64,000 nucleotides of DNA from Octopus sinensis. Lineage: Eukaryota. The DNA is taken from positions 15,748,001-15,812,000 of the forward strand of contig NC_043009.1 in NCBI RefSeq assembly GCF_006345805.1. Reading direction: 5' to 3'. The notes under the pieces were generated by a model, which was not told where the DNA came from, ran no database searches, and saw nothing but the letters and a program-made list of their open reading frames with translations. Positions 39,851 to 53,480 of this stretch are shown one piece after another. Each line of letters begins with the position of its first letter. The first letter of the stretch is position 1. The position numbers were made by a program, and so were the translations under genes.

Positions 39851-40485
39851 CCTTTCTACTAAAGGCACAGAGCCTGAAATCTTGAGGGAAGGGGCCAGTT
39901 GATTAGATCACCCTCAGTACGCAATTGGTACTTACTTTATCGACCCTGAAAGTATGAAAGGTAAAGTCGACCTCAGCAGAATTTGAACTCAGGACGTATC
40001 GGTGGGCGAAATACCTATTTCTTTACTACCCACAAGGGGCTAAACACAGAGAGAACAAACAAGGACAGACAAACGGATTAAGTCGTTATATATACCCAAG
40101 TGCGTAACTGGTACTTATTTAATCGACCCCGAAAATATGAAAGGCAAAGTCGACCTCAGCAAAATTTGAACTCAGGACGTATCGGTGGGTGAAATACCTA
40201 TTTCTTTACTACCCACAAGGGGCTAAACACAGAGAGGACAAACAAGGACAGACGAGCGGATTAAGTCGATTATATCGACCCCAGTGCATAACTGGTACTT
40301 ATTTAATCGACCCCGAAAGGATGAAAAGCAAAGTCGACCTCAGTGGAATTTGAACTCAGAACGTAGCGGCAGACGAAATATTGCTAAGCATTCGCCCGGC
40401 ATGCTAACGTTTCTGCCAGCTCGCCGCCTAATAAAAAAAAGAAGAAGAAGAAGAAGAAGAAGAACAACAACACAACAACAACAAC

Positions 40486-40542
<57 letters not shown>

Positions 40543-41180
40543 CCTTTCTACTAAAGGCACAGAGCCTGAAATCTTGAGGGAAGGGGCCAGTTGATTAGAT
40601 CACCCTCAGTACGCAATTGGTACTTACTTTATCGACCCTGAAAGTATGAAAGGTAAAGTCGACCTCAGCAGAATTTGAACTCAGGACGTATCGGTGGGCG
40701 AAATACCTATTTCTTTACTACCCACAAGGGGCTAAACACAGAGAGAACAAACAAGGACAGACAAACGGATTAAGTCGTTTATATATACCCAAGTGCGTAA
40801 CTGGTACTTATTTAATCGACCCCGAAAATATGAAAGGCAAAGTCGACCTCAGCAAAATTTGAACTCAGGACGTATCGGTGGGTGAAATACCTATTTCTTT
40901 ACTACCCACAAGGGGCTAAACACAGAGAGGACAAACAAGGACAGACGAGCGGATTAAGTCGATTATATCGACCCCAGTGCATAACTGGTACTTATTTAAT
41001 CGACCCCGAAAGGATGAAAAGCAAAGTCGACCTCAGTGGAATTTGAACTCAGAACGTAGCGGCAGACGAAATATTGCTAAGCATTCGCCCGGCATGCTAA
41101 CGTTTCTGCCAGCTCGCCGCCTAATAAAAAAAAGAAGAAGAAGAAGAAGAAGAAGAACAACAACAACAACAACAACAACA
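39848..41180 (-). repeat. Near-perfect tandem duplication (~692-bp unit) of a trimeric SINE family B element with its flanking microsatellites
   Basis: 39848-40440 and 40540-41133 appear identical apart from one T indel and microsatellite length. Confidence 0.93.
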
Positions 41181-42402
41181 AGCAACAACAAGAATGATAA
41201 AAAATCGTCGTCGTCATCATCATCATCATCATGTGCCGATAATTGCATTGCACGAAAGTAAATTCACTATGTACAATCCCAGTATTATTTATGGGTAGCT
41301 CATTCGTAAATGCGATAAAGGAATCTGCATCGTAATATTAGTTGTTGAAGGCAATGGTGTAGAATCACTCCGCAGAACCACAAAAGACAATTATCCCCTA
41401 ATGACGAGATATCCTGTCCGTATCTCTTGATCAGCCAGATGCCTGAATCTTGTCTATTTCAGTGGGGCATGTCTTCAACTTAATGGTTCGGCAACTAGAT
41501 TAGGGGAAGATAATTTGACATAAATCACGTGTTTACTACTATAAATAAATGAATTGATAAAGAAAATAATAAAACAAAAGCACTGATAGTCGAGAGCATA
41601 CTGTAAGACTTCTAGATTTAGGTGATAAGTGAATAAAAGGGAGAGGTGAATAAAAAATACGAAGTCAATAGAATATACCCAATTCTTCGAAACTATTGAA
41701 TTAATCAATTATCAAGATCATGAGTTAATTATTAGAGCAGTAATTAATCAATCACTTTTTAAAAAAGAACCACTTGTTTATGAGAGATGTGGAATCCAAA
41801 GAGATGTTAGCAAGGATTTCGCAATACAAAGATTAACATTGATGAAGACACGTTGGCCAATATACAAAACACTGCGTCGCCTAGAACGGGAGTTGTTAAC
41901 TTAATCATTGCAATCACAGAGGAATTAATGATAAAAGCCAAAGAATATAGACAACAGTATTAAATACCAAAATAACTAAGTAATAGCGATTGAAGAAGTG
42001 GAAATACCGAAAGGTAATCTTAACATGGAGGTTGTGTTAGAACACAGAATACTACGTTAACGCTCCCTTAAGTACTCGTGCTGCATAAAAGCGCTTGTCA
42101 TTATATCGTAGACGGACAAGTATCGTCTTTTCAAATCATAATCCAAGCAGTAAGGGGAGGATCTGGTGACACAGCTCAGTCGAGTAAGATGTTCTGTTTT
42201 AGGTATTAGTAAGGAAATTGAATATTGATACCATCAGACTTTGAATTATTAAGGTGCATGAGATTACAATATAAGAAAAGAAAAGGGTAATATTTGCATC
42301 TAAGCAATGAAAACAGGAATGAGATGAAATGAAACGAAATGAATGGGAAAGAAAGAAAAGAATGGGTGTAATTGAGACCAACTGCAACAATTCTTCAATA
42401 AG

Positions 42403-42565
42403 ATGCAGGTGTGGCCGTGTGGAAGGTAGTTTGATACTCATTCACATGCTTATGCATCCAAGTTAGAGGATTTGGTTGACGGAGACCGAAAGAAGTTTGT
42501 CCTATACACACACACGCAATTATATATAGTATGTACGTATATGTCTGTGCGTGTTTGTCTGTGAG
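42403..42565 (+). mobile_element. Degenerate SINE family A 5' part
   Basis: gatgcaggtgtggccgtgtggaagg..ggatttggttgacggagaccgaaagaag. Confidence 0.65.
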
Positions 42566-42579
42566 ATTTTCACTACCTG

Positions 42580-43430
42580 TGACTCTGGTATTGCAGTGCC
42601 TTCGGGTCCGGTACATGCAAGCTGTAGTGCATTCGTGAGTTGATAGTGCAGTGCTTGAAATTGTCCGGCATTAAACTGCATATTGTATTTTTCGGCTCAA
42701 TCGCATATCAAATTCAGGTCCCGCTGTAAACTTGCGACGTCATCTTGGTTTCTTGTTACCTGTGATAATTTTGTACCATCGGCATAGCTAGTGACAGTGG
42801 CTGTCCGAGTGACCGTGGGCATGTCTAAGAAGGCTATTATGAACTGTAATGTTCCCAGACCAGTCCCCTGGAGGACGCTACTTAGGAGTTGAGTTTCCTG
42901 ATTTCTGTCTTTAAGGAAGTCATGCAGCTACTCACCCAGTTTACCAGCAATGCCAAGGTCTCGTAGCTTATGACATATCATGCCGTGATCTACATTGTCA
43001 AATGCCTTTGCAAAGTCATGTTATATCACACTGAAATCTGAATGGTCAATCAGCTGTTTCAAAACCCAGCAATAGTGCATGCTGTAGGAGTTGTGTGAGG
43101 CAGCTACTTCCTGGAGGGAAGCCATGCTGTGTATTGTTCAGCAGGTAATTCTCTTTTAGAAACATTATCAACTTCTTTTTGAGGATTCGCTTCATGACTT
43201 TACAGACGTGAAATCAGGGGGTTAGCCTGTATTTTTTGGCATCTGTTCTGCTTCCGCCTTTGTGGATAGGGCATATAATGCCTTCTTTCAGCTTTTTAGA
43301 AAGTTTACCACTTGCAAGGAAACTTTGGAAAAGTATCTGAACAGGTTTCGCTAAAGCCTGCTTACATGACTTCAAGAGAATACCTGGGAAGCCATCAGGA
43401 CCAATTGCCGATCATTTCATCCATAGTCGC
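42580..43430 (-). mobile_element. CR1-type LINE RT fragment (pseudogene)
   Basis: DFAKAFDNVDHGMICHKLRDLGIAGKLGE*LHDFLKDRNQ, SSVLQGTGLG and SYADGTKL. Confidence 0.85.
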
Positions 43431-43560
43431 TATTACACCTGTCCGCTCAATGTTGATGTAACTGATGGTTGGCGCCTCCTTTTTAGAGCTGCAATATTAA
43501 AGACTGGGTCCCCAGTCAGTGAGTAATTCCCTTGGAACAATGGTCCTATTTTATATTGTA

Positions 43561-43923
43561 CTAGCACTATGACCCGGCAATGCCGAGTCATAGTGCTAGT
43601 ACATGCATATACAGCTGCGTGCGTGCGCACATACATGCGAGTACTGTCCAAATCTCCGACCAATCACATACAGCTAGCTGGCATTCAATTGGCGTATCAA
43701 GTTTCGAGCATTTTGATTGGGTTTGGATAGAAAATTCACAAAAAAGTGACTTCTATTGATTTTTTAATGGCTTTGCGGGGTGACTGGAGAAATGTAAAGA
43801 TGTGCACGACCACCCTTGGACGGTTGTGAATGACCATAGAAAGTGCGAGCCCTCTAATTGAAAAATTGTGGATTTGTATAAAGGACACACACGCAGACAT
43901 TTTGCCGTTTATATATAGAGAGA
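43561..43923 (-). mobile_element. Complete non-autonomous Helitron (363 bp)
   Basis: Minus strand reads A|TCTCTCTATATATAAACGG...3' hairpin..GCTAG|T: 5' TC, 3' CTAG, insertion between A and T, no TSD. Confidence 0.85.
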
Positions 43924-44039
43924 TTATGACTGTTTCCTTAGCGCATTTGTAGAAAGGTCTAGGATTTGTTTTTAATGCTTTCCATGGCATATATGTATAT
44001 AATCTTACAATAAAAACCAAATCACTTGTGAATAGCTAC

Positions 44040-45900
44040 CCAGTCATTCCTGATCGGAATAATAATATTTATTCTGTCAATTATCAAGCTGAAAGCAAGA
44101 CAGTTTATCAGCTGAATTTTTTAGGTAAATAAGGTTTCAACATAATGAAACGAAGTGTATGGTAATTAAACTGGCTAAGAATAAACTAGATTTAGCAAAT
44201 AAACAAAAATATTACGAAACATTAATAATAAAGTTAAAGAATCATCAAACTCGTTGATATGGACTAACAGTTTTTCGGTCATATTTCGATTCAAATCCAC
44301 CTGCAATAAAAATTAAGTGAAATTCACATAATTTGATATTACGCATTTTTACCCATTAATATATGAGCCGCTCCTATATAACCACAAACGAGAAAAGAAA
44401 TACAGCTCATTAAGCGCTCACGTATGGCATTGTTATTCAGTAACGGATCTATTTGGACAAAAAAAGATAATTAAAGCGCACTATTTGATGTTCCAATGTG
44501 TTTATATGATAGCGCGGCTATATGCGCTTTAGTTGGTTTATATATATTAAAATATCTTAATTCGAAATTACCCGGCTATAGCATCGGTATATACCGCAAT
44601 AATGGTTTAGCATTATTACAGAATTGTGATAGCAATGCAATGGATTCCTTTTGAAAGTAATTAATTTCTACCTTCAGCTCTTTAGAACTTAAATTATCTA
44701 TCGATGCCAATCTATTTGTAGCTGACATTAGATGTTTCCTTTCATCACAAAATTAATTCTCATGAGCCCTTCTATAAGCCTAAAGAGAACCTTAAATGTA
44801 TTAATGAAGACTCCTGTCACCCACCTATTGTCCTTAAAAACTCATTTCCAAATATTAACCGTAGGATCACATGCCTTTCTTTTTCCAAAGAAATAGTCGA
44901 AAAGGCTGCCCTTTATTATATCAATGGCCTACAGGATAGCGGCTTTACTGATAAAAACTTCCACAACCCCACTCACATATGTCATATAGTCGTAAGAATA
45001 TGTCTCAGAAAGTTTTATGGTTTGTCCGCCCCGCTTTCTCCCTTAATGTTAGGATAAATGTAGGTAGAATATTCTTGCACTTAATGCATATCCACTTCTC
45101 TAGAAACCACAGATACAATAAAATCTTTAAAAGACACACTAAAAGTTATCTTTTCTTGCCCTCCTAATGTTAAGTCATATATCAGTAAGCAACAGATGAC
45201 TCAAGCCTTCTACGGATGCACATGTATAGACAAATCTAAATGTCCTCTAGAATAGGAGTGTGATGTATCTTTCGTTGTTTATAAAGAACAGGTTTCAGTC
45301 AACTATGACAATGGTAGTACAAATGTCAAACGTTAAATCGGAGCCGTGGAGGGAAAATTCAAATCCAGATATAACAACCATCTGTCAGATTTTAGGTATC
45401 GTGATGAGAGGCATTCAACTACCCTTTCGGCTTTAATCTAGAAAATTAAGCACGAAGGGACTAATTTCGATATCAAATGGATCTAAATTCTCTAAATTCG
45501 TATCCTATATTAATGGGTCTACAAACTGTTCAGTCTATTCGATTGAAAAACTCTATAAAAAACTTGAAAACCTCCAGGAACAAATACTTGAATTCTTTAT
45601 GTACACATTAAAAAAATACGTCTCGTCTGAATTTAAAATAGGCCACTGAATACTTAGTAAACCATTAACGTCTGGTTCCGTCTACTTGGTATCGAATTAT
45701 TGTAACATCTGTTATTCTCCTTGTACTTTTCTGGTTTATAAGCGTGACTTATAAACAAGAAAAACACAACTTAAAAACTGTCTTGCTTTCAGCTGGATAA
45801 ATGGCGGAATAAATTATTTCGACCAGGAAACCCTGAGTAGCTATTTGCAAGATTGGTGCGTTTTATTTTAAGATTATCTTTACTCTGTTATCTGATCGAC
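44040..45900 (+). mobile_element. Decayed Penelope-like element, Naiad-type (RT + GIY-YIG pseudogene)
   Basis: FDI..FYP, LFDVPMCLYDSAAICALVGLYIL, GIYRNNGL, SCHPPIVLKN, WF..PAFSLNVRINVGRIFL, CTCIDKSKCPL (CxCx5C), VVYK..*IGAVEGKFKSRYNNHLSDF..STTLS..I*KIK..W, terminal LCTH. Confidence 0.85.
45781..45852 (+). ncRNA. Decayed hammerhead motif in the 3' pLTR of the Naiad-like element
   Basis: TCTTGC..AGC-TGGATAA-ATGGCGGAATAA/TTATTTCGACCAG-GAAAC-CCTGA-GTA-GCT..GCAAGA; stems are preserved but the core is mutated. Confidence 0.6.
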
Positions 45901-45942
45901 TACTTTCTTACTTGTTTGAAGCATTACCTCATAGTTTGTATG

Positions 45943-46172
45943 TTCTTTTATTCTTTTACTTGTTTCCTTCATTTGACTACGCCCTTGCTGGAGCACCACC
46001 TTTTAGTCGAATAAATCGAACTCAGAACTTATTCTTCGTAAGCCTGGTACTTATTCTATATGCTAATTTCGCTTTTACCGGACGGCTATATTGCAGGGAC
46101 GTAAACACACTAACATCGGTCCTGAACCGATGGTAGGGTGGAGTAAACACAGACACAAAGACACATAAGTAT

Positions 46173-46215
<43 letters not shown>
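45943..46215 (-). mobile_element. 3' half of SINE family A
   Basis: cttttacttgttt..gctggagcacc..ctggtacttattctat..gggacgtaaacac. Confidence 0.8.
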
Positions 46216-46259
<44 letters not shown>

Positions 46260-46264
46260 ATGGG

Positions 46265-47272
46265 AGAATTCATTTTTTCTAAAATGCACCATAAATGTTC
46301 ATTAATATTGAGATCCTGGGACTGTGGTGGCCAGATAAGATGTTCAGCTTCACTAGAACTTTCCTTGTGCCATTCATTAAACAACTTTAGGTGTGTGAAT
46401 TCGTGCATTATCATCCTGAAAGACTTCGTTCCCCTCCAGAAATAGTTCCGCCATCATAGGATGAATTTGATCAAATAAAATGCGTAAATAGTCTTGACTA
46501 TCAATTCTGCCATGAAAGGAAACTATTGGGCCGGCGGATTTCCAAGATGTAACCCCCCCCACACACACACACACCGATCATCACAGATGGTCCTCCATGT
46601 TTAACAGTTGAAAGAAGGTAGTCTGGGTCAAATGCTTCTTCTGGCTGTCTCCATATGTATACTCGGCAGGTGATCGGAAATAAGGTAAAGGATGACTCGT
46701 CCGAGAAAATAACATTCTTCCACTGCTGTAGAGATCAATTCTGTAGGTTTTTACTCCACTCTAAATGCTTTGCAACGTTTGTTTTTGAAAGTAGTGGTTT
46801 TCTGTTTGCAGCTCTCCCGTGAAATCCGGATTTGTGCAGCTCCCGGTGAACAATCTTTGTTAAAACTGGTTCTTCAGGAGGTCATTAAGCCCTGCAGTAA
46901 TTTTGGGAGCTGTACTTTTGTGATCCTTTCTAGCAATTTGCGTAAGAATCCTACAGTCCCTAATAGAAAGTTTTCCCTCTTTCTCAAAGGCCGTCAATAC
47001 CTTCGAGATACACTAAACATTTCGTCTGTTTTCGTTACGCTAGCACCTGCCATACGAACACCAACGACTCGACCTCTAAGTCCGATAGATCTGTCATTCT
47101 AATGAATTTCATAACCTTTTACTGATGATATCTGAAAAGAAACAGCAATTTTAGCAAAACATATTAAGCTGCATTAACAATAAATCAAGAAATCATAACA
47201 ATAAACAAGCTTATGACGGTTTCATAGATATTTCAAACTTACGATACTATGATGCTTGGTGTCCAAACCCTG
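46265..47272 (-). mobile_element. Tc1-like (DD34E) DNA transposon relic lacking its 3' end
   Basis: MTDLSD..GVRMAGASVTKT, VIFSDESSF, TVKHGGPSV, FQDDNARIH, WPPQSQDLNINEHLW; TIR-like CAGGGTTTGGACA at 47260-47272. Confidence 0.9.
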
Positions 47273-48883
47273 TCTATATGCAAGTGAGTGTATCTATAAT
47301 GTTAGTTTTTCCTGTATTGGAGGCGACGAATTCTTTTCCGAGCATGTATGTGGCTGTGTATTCGTTTTCAAGAACGCAGAAATGGATTTGACCCTGTAGA
47401 AGACCGCTGGGAGGACAAAATTTCTTCTCCTTCTAACGCAGCGTTTATTCAAGATGTTACCTTAAAATAAATACCGGCGTAATTGATATGTCGACTGTGT
47501 TTGTCCATAATAGACATATACTATCGACATTCGTATCTAGCTATTTTATATACTTATTTTAATCTAATATTTATTTTTGATTAGTAAAATTTAGAACCGA
47601 AATTATTCAATTCATCAACGCTAAAACAACTACTACTTATATCTATTTCCTCATTTACTTGATATAATGTAATAATTTTTGTGTCTAAATCTAAGCTTTT
47701 AATTTATATATGTGAATACGATTTTTAAGACGACCATCACCGAATTTTTTTTTTCCTTATTCAAAGTTGGAAGAACATGCACGACCGTCTTCAGGACTAG
47801 CATAACTGAGAAAAGAAACAAAAAGGAACAGGAAAGGTTACTCTGACCCCGAAGATAAGACCTGAATACTTCGAACCGAGTGGGTGGAAAGGTGTCGCTA
47901 TGGCAGTTAATGCTTAGGAATTGTAAAGTTATTACTTGATGTGTATTTGTTGTATTTATTTTAAGACACGAGACAAGTAAATGAAAAGTTGACCCTCTGC
48001 TAATTCGAACTAAGAACGTATGACGATGCATTTTGTCGGAAGCTTCACCGATTCTACTTTTCTGATGATTCATGTGAGATGATTCTTCAATATATATATA
48101 AAAGAGAGACAAAGAACAATAGTCACGTATGTTTATTCATGACGGCTAAAATATTCATGTTATGACAAGATTATTATTATCGATATATTTTGGCTGTGTT
48201 TGGAGAAATATTTTCTTTATTAAGCAACAGACAGAAATATTTTTCTGCTGAAAGTGACCTATTTCAACCACCTTTATTTTCTTCATTGCACTATATTATT
48301 TATATTAGCATAATTCTTTATGTCCACCACCAAACGCTTTGTTACAACGCCGCAGGTTTTATATATATTGCTGAGACATAAAATCAGCATAGTTTCCATT
48401 TCATCATAAAAGAGTGACAACCAAAATAATAAATACATGTCGACTAAACCATCAAAAGTTACCATTTAATTATCTACTATGTACAATAGTGGATTGAAGA
48501 ATACAGGAAAATGTGCCTTATCAGTTGGTAAGATGTTGGTATATTTAATATTTTTGTTGAAATTCGACACACGCATCGGTCAGGAATTGTGCATAATTTT
48601 CTCGCAGGAAAGTATCACAATTTGTGTGTTATCGTTTTTTCATCTTTGTTACGGAGATTTTATAACTATCAGGGCAAACGCATTTAGTATATTGAGTTGT
48701 TAAAATTCGCAATATAAATATATTCGTGCTTATTAATATCAATGCTTGCATGAGTTTAAGTAGAAAAAATCCAATTACATGTATAGAAACATTTAAATAC
48801 ATATATTTGTATGTATGTATGTGTGTGGGTGGGTGTGAGTGAGTGTGTGTAAGTGTGTATGTGTGTGTGTATGCATGCATGGA

Positions 48884-48973
48884 TATAGATAGATCATAGA
48901 TAGATAGATAGATATATAGATAGATAGAGAGAGAGAGAGAGAAAGATAGACAGACAGACAGATAGGTAGATAG

Positions 48974-49004
<31 letters not shown>

Positions 49005-49034
49005 CATAGATAGATAGATAGATAAATAGATAGG

Positions 49035-49103
<69 letters not shown>
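48884..49103. repeat. (GATA)n microsatellite
   Basis: Direct reading. Confidence 0.95.
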
Positions 49104-49105
<2 letters not shown>

Positions 49106-49133
49106 TTATTATAAGTTATATGATATACCTGTA

Positions 49134-49400
49134 GGAAAGCACATGGTTCAGTGGTTAGAGCGTTGGGCGCACCATAGTGAGTTCGATTCCGGGACCGGAC
49201 TGTGAGTTGTGTTCTTGACCAAGACACTTTACTTCACGTTGCTCAAGTTCACTCGGCTAGAGGAACGGGTTGCGAGGTCACTGATCCGAAGCTGTATCGG
49301 CTTTTGCCCTTCACTTGGATAACATCGGCACTGTGGAGAGGGGAGGCTGTTATGCATAGGCGACTGCCTCTCTTCCATAAACAGCCTTTTCCGGGTTTTG
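49134..49400 (+). mobile_element. tRNA-derived SINE (family C)
   Basis: TGGTTCAGTGGTTAGAGC (A box), GAGTTCGATTCC (B box), gttgtgttcttgaccaagacacttta core. Confidence 0.7.
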
Positions 49401-51504
49401 CTTTGAGAATGCATGAAATAATATTGCAAAACAATCTATCAATACGTGAAATTCCATGGCCTAGTCACCAGGGTATTGTACTCATGATCTTTAGGTCGTG
49501 TTTCGATCCCACGGCTGATGCGTTATGTTTTCGAGCTAAACACTTAATTTCCCGTTGCTTCTGTCCATTTTGTTGTAAAAAAAGCAACCGACGACGTACA
49601 GCGTCCTGTTCCGACCACTTAAACAACATAGAAATCTAGAAACAAGGTAACTGGCCTTATTAGGCTTAGGGCTCAACACAGAACTAATCAATCAATGCGC
49701 TATCAATTCTACCAACTCACCGCTAGGAAATGCCATCCACCCAAAACAATTGCTTGTTTAATACCTAGTACCGACTATGGTAAACTACCCAGAAACCATT
49801 GGTCTGCTGGTGCTACTAACGCCGAGAAGGGTGGAGTAAACTCCCTCACTCACAGTATATCTTGAACACAGATCATTAGTCGAAAACCAGCTGCAAAAGT
49901 TGTTTCGCTGGGGTTAAAAATTAGTAACATGGTCCTACGCAGGACTGCCACATTATGTTGGCAAATAAATTTTACTGAGAAATAGGTCGTTGTACATGAA
50001 ATAGGTCTTCTAGATAGGAATTTATGTCAAGAATTATTATGAACACACATCTGCGCGCTACTATATTACAAAAGGAATTTTCACGTCCCGTGCTAAAATA
50101 TATTATTTATTATTAATAAACTTAATTGATTTCTGTACTCCCGTACTGTTTCTTAATACGTTACAGCTTTCCCAGATAAAGATTTCTTGCATATACACAT
50201 GATTACAAATTTGGGGTAGAGGTACTTTCGATTAAAATGATACCATTATGCATCTACAATCAATTGTTTTATAAACGCAAGGATGAATTTAAATACGGTC
50301 GTGGTTGTCTACTGGAAGAAATTTAAGCAGACCAGCAACGACTCTTCCAAACACCCCTTTTCATGGCACTAAATTTATAATAATATTTACTATGGAATAA
50401 TATAAGTTTTATGTTTACATGCGATTCAATGTATTTAAAGAAATTAGAAACTCATCATCCCACAGATAACATAGACAGCAGCGTTCTATTAGTAATTCTC
50501 AGCAGTATTACTCATTAGAAATGCTTCCTTGTTCAGAGGAAATTAATTTCAATATTTCTTTTAACTGGATTAAAACTTTTGTAAATAGCTTCAGATAAAT
50601 CTATTCAATTATCATTTAAAATTTTTTATCTTTAATATCTTAATTTTAATAAATCAATCAATATCCATTGAATTCCACTTCATTGGAACCTTACTTTCAA
50701 TACTAAATATATTTCGTGTACCATAGCTGAGACTACGTTGCCACTTTAATATGAAAAATGCCAATACACGCATTTGTATTCAGATATTGTTTGAAAGATT
50801 CTATATAATCTCATTCAAACTGAACAGCCTTTGATTTAATCACTTGGATTCCTTTGTCTTTAATAAGTATGACGGGAACAACATTAAGCTATTTTTATTA
50901 ACACGAAATGAATCTCAACTTATCCGACGTTTCTTCTTTTGAATTCAAGGAAAATGGAGACTTGCATTTGATAACAGCCAAAATATCATGAGAAAATTGT
51001 CTCCAGTTATTACTTCTTGCTTATATAAAACCGATTAAATATCGTTATTGTTTTCTATGCTGAGTGTCGAAAGGTCACGCAGTTATCAAGACGATGTTAA
51101 TATAGAGTAAAGTTGAAGAATTGACGATTATTTGTTTATATCTATAACAGTATAAATAACAGAATGCATTGGGAATTGCTAGTACAAATTGCTTGTAAAG
51201 TAGACAAATTAATGTAGTGTGAGGAAGACAAGACGAATGTTCTTGACGGGGAACTTCATCAGTATTTCATGCCAGGTTCATTGAGAGTATTGAAACAGAT
51301 ATTGGATGCAATGAGATAAAAGAAAAAAACAGACCTGAGTGAAGAGCAATAAAGGCCAAATGGGGTAGCATGTGGTAGGTGGAGATAATGAGGTGAAATT
51401 GAGGAGATAACACTCAAGCTAATTTTAAAATGTGGAAAATGGAGAAGCGGTAATTAGGGCTGGCAGAAGCGAAAGCATCTACTGAAGAGAAAACAACTAA
51501 ACAT

Positions 51505-51581
51505 CACACACACACACACACACACACTGACATACGTGATATATGTGAGTGTGTGCATGTGTAAGTATGTATATGCATATG

Positions 51582-51613
<32 letters not shown>

Positions 51614-52295
51614 CACAGGCATGCATACATATATACATACATACGTACATACAAACATTAATACATACATTCATACATACATACATACATACATACATAC
51701 ATACATACACACATACATACATACATACATACATTCATACATACATACATACATACATTCATACATACATACATACGTACATATATACATACATACATAC
51801 AAACATACATACATTCATACATACATACATACATACGTAGATTCATACATACATGTATACAAACATACATACATTCATACATACATACATACATTCATAC
51901 ATACAAACATACATACATTCATACATATATACATTCATACATACATACGTACATTCATACATACATACATACATACAAACATATATACATTCATACATAC
52001 ATATAACATACATACATACATACATACATACATGCAGTCATACATACATACATTCATGCATACATACATACATACATTCATATATACATACATACATTCA
52101 TACATACATACATACATAAATGCATTCATACATACATACATACATTCATGCATACATACATTCATACATACATACATTCATACATACAAACATACATACA
52201 TCCATACATACATACATATATACATTCATACATACATACATACAAACATACATACATACGTACATTCATACATACATACATACAAACATATATAC
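51505..52295. repeat. (CATA)n microsatellite field
   Basis: Direct reading. Confidence 0.95.
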
Positions 52296-53068
52296 TTTGA
52301 TACTTTGATACTTTGATACTTTGATACTTTGATAGGTTTCGGCCATTATTGGCCCAGGCCATGTCTAACTTAATAGCACACCTGGTGAAGTCTTTCAAGT
52401 CAGAATTTGGGCACTATGGCCCACTCAGTAGGGAGTTATTGTTTACAGAGACATATCCGGGTGTAGGGGGTTTATCCGGGATTTCTTGAAGGAATCTGTC
52501 CAAGACTTCTTGAACCCTATAGGTCAGTTTCTGTTTTAATGCGTTTGGTGTAATGTTAAAGAGAGCGGGGCCAATTGAGGTGAAATAATTGTGCCGTATT
52601 GTTGTTATGAGATGAGAGTGCGATTTTTGTTTTGGGCGGATGGCACGGGGCCCAAGCCTTGGATGTACCTTAAAGGTGATGCCAACATCATTTGGGCAAT
52701 GCTGATGGAATATTTTCCACATCATGCAGATGATGTAGCGCTCACGACGACGTTGGAGAGAATAGAGTTTTAGCTTTCTAGTCGACCCCAATAGTCGAGG
52801 CCTGTCATGCCATCTATCTTTTTTGTGATTGCCCTTTGAGGTGCTTCGACTTTTATGATACCTTGTATTGTGTGGGGAGACCACAGTGGACAACAGTATT
52901 CAAGGTGGGGTCGGGCAAAGGTGGAGAAGAGAAGGATAATGGTGTGGATATCTCTCGACTGGAAAGTTCTGAGAATCCAGGAACACATTCTGCGGGCCAT
53001 GTCAACTTTGGTGTTTATATGAGTGGCCCAGCTTACGTTGTTGTCCACAATTACTCCCAAGTCTCTGA
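52294..53068 (-). mobile_element. 5'-truncated CR1-like LINE 3' end with an (AAAGTATC)n tail, inside the (CATA)n field
   Basis: RDLGVIVDNNVSW..ILRTFQSRD..RPHLEYCCPLWSP..QR..LDYWGRL..LYSLQRRRERY..GPALFN..LDRFLQEIPDKP; five GATACTTT units at ~52294-52334. Confidence 0.9.
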
Positions 53069-53480
53069 TATATACATTCATACATACATACATAGATACA
53101 TACATGCATTCATACATACATAAATACATTCATGCATACATACATACATACATAAATACATTCACACATAAATACATGCATACATACAAACATACATACA
53201 AACATACGTACATACATACATACATACATACATTCATACATACATACATACATACATTCATACATACATACAAACATACATTCATACATACATGCATACA
53301 TACATTCATACATACATACATACATACATACATACATACATACACACATACATACATACATACATACATACATACATACATACATACATACATACATACG
53401 TACGTACATACATACATACATACATACATACATACATACATACATACATACATACATACATACATACATACATACTTACA
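53069..53480. repeat. (CATA)n microsatellite field
   Basis: Direct reading. Confidence 0.95.

Noticed and set aside
47720-47800. Minus-strand CTGAAGACGGTCG motif
   Set aside because: No downstream GAAA or stem III in a suitable position.
50922-50955. Minus-strand TCC..GAAACGTC-GGA hammerhead-like fragment
   Set aside because: There is no CUGANGA box or stem II; compatible with chance.
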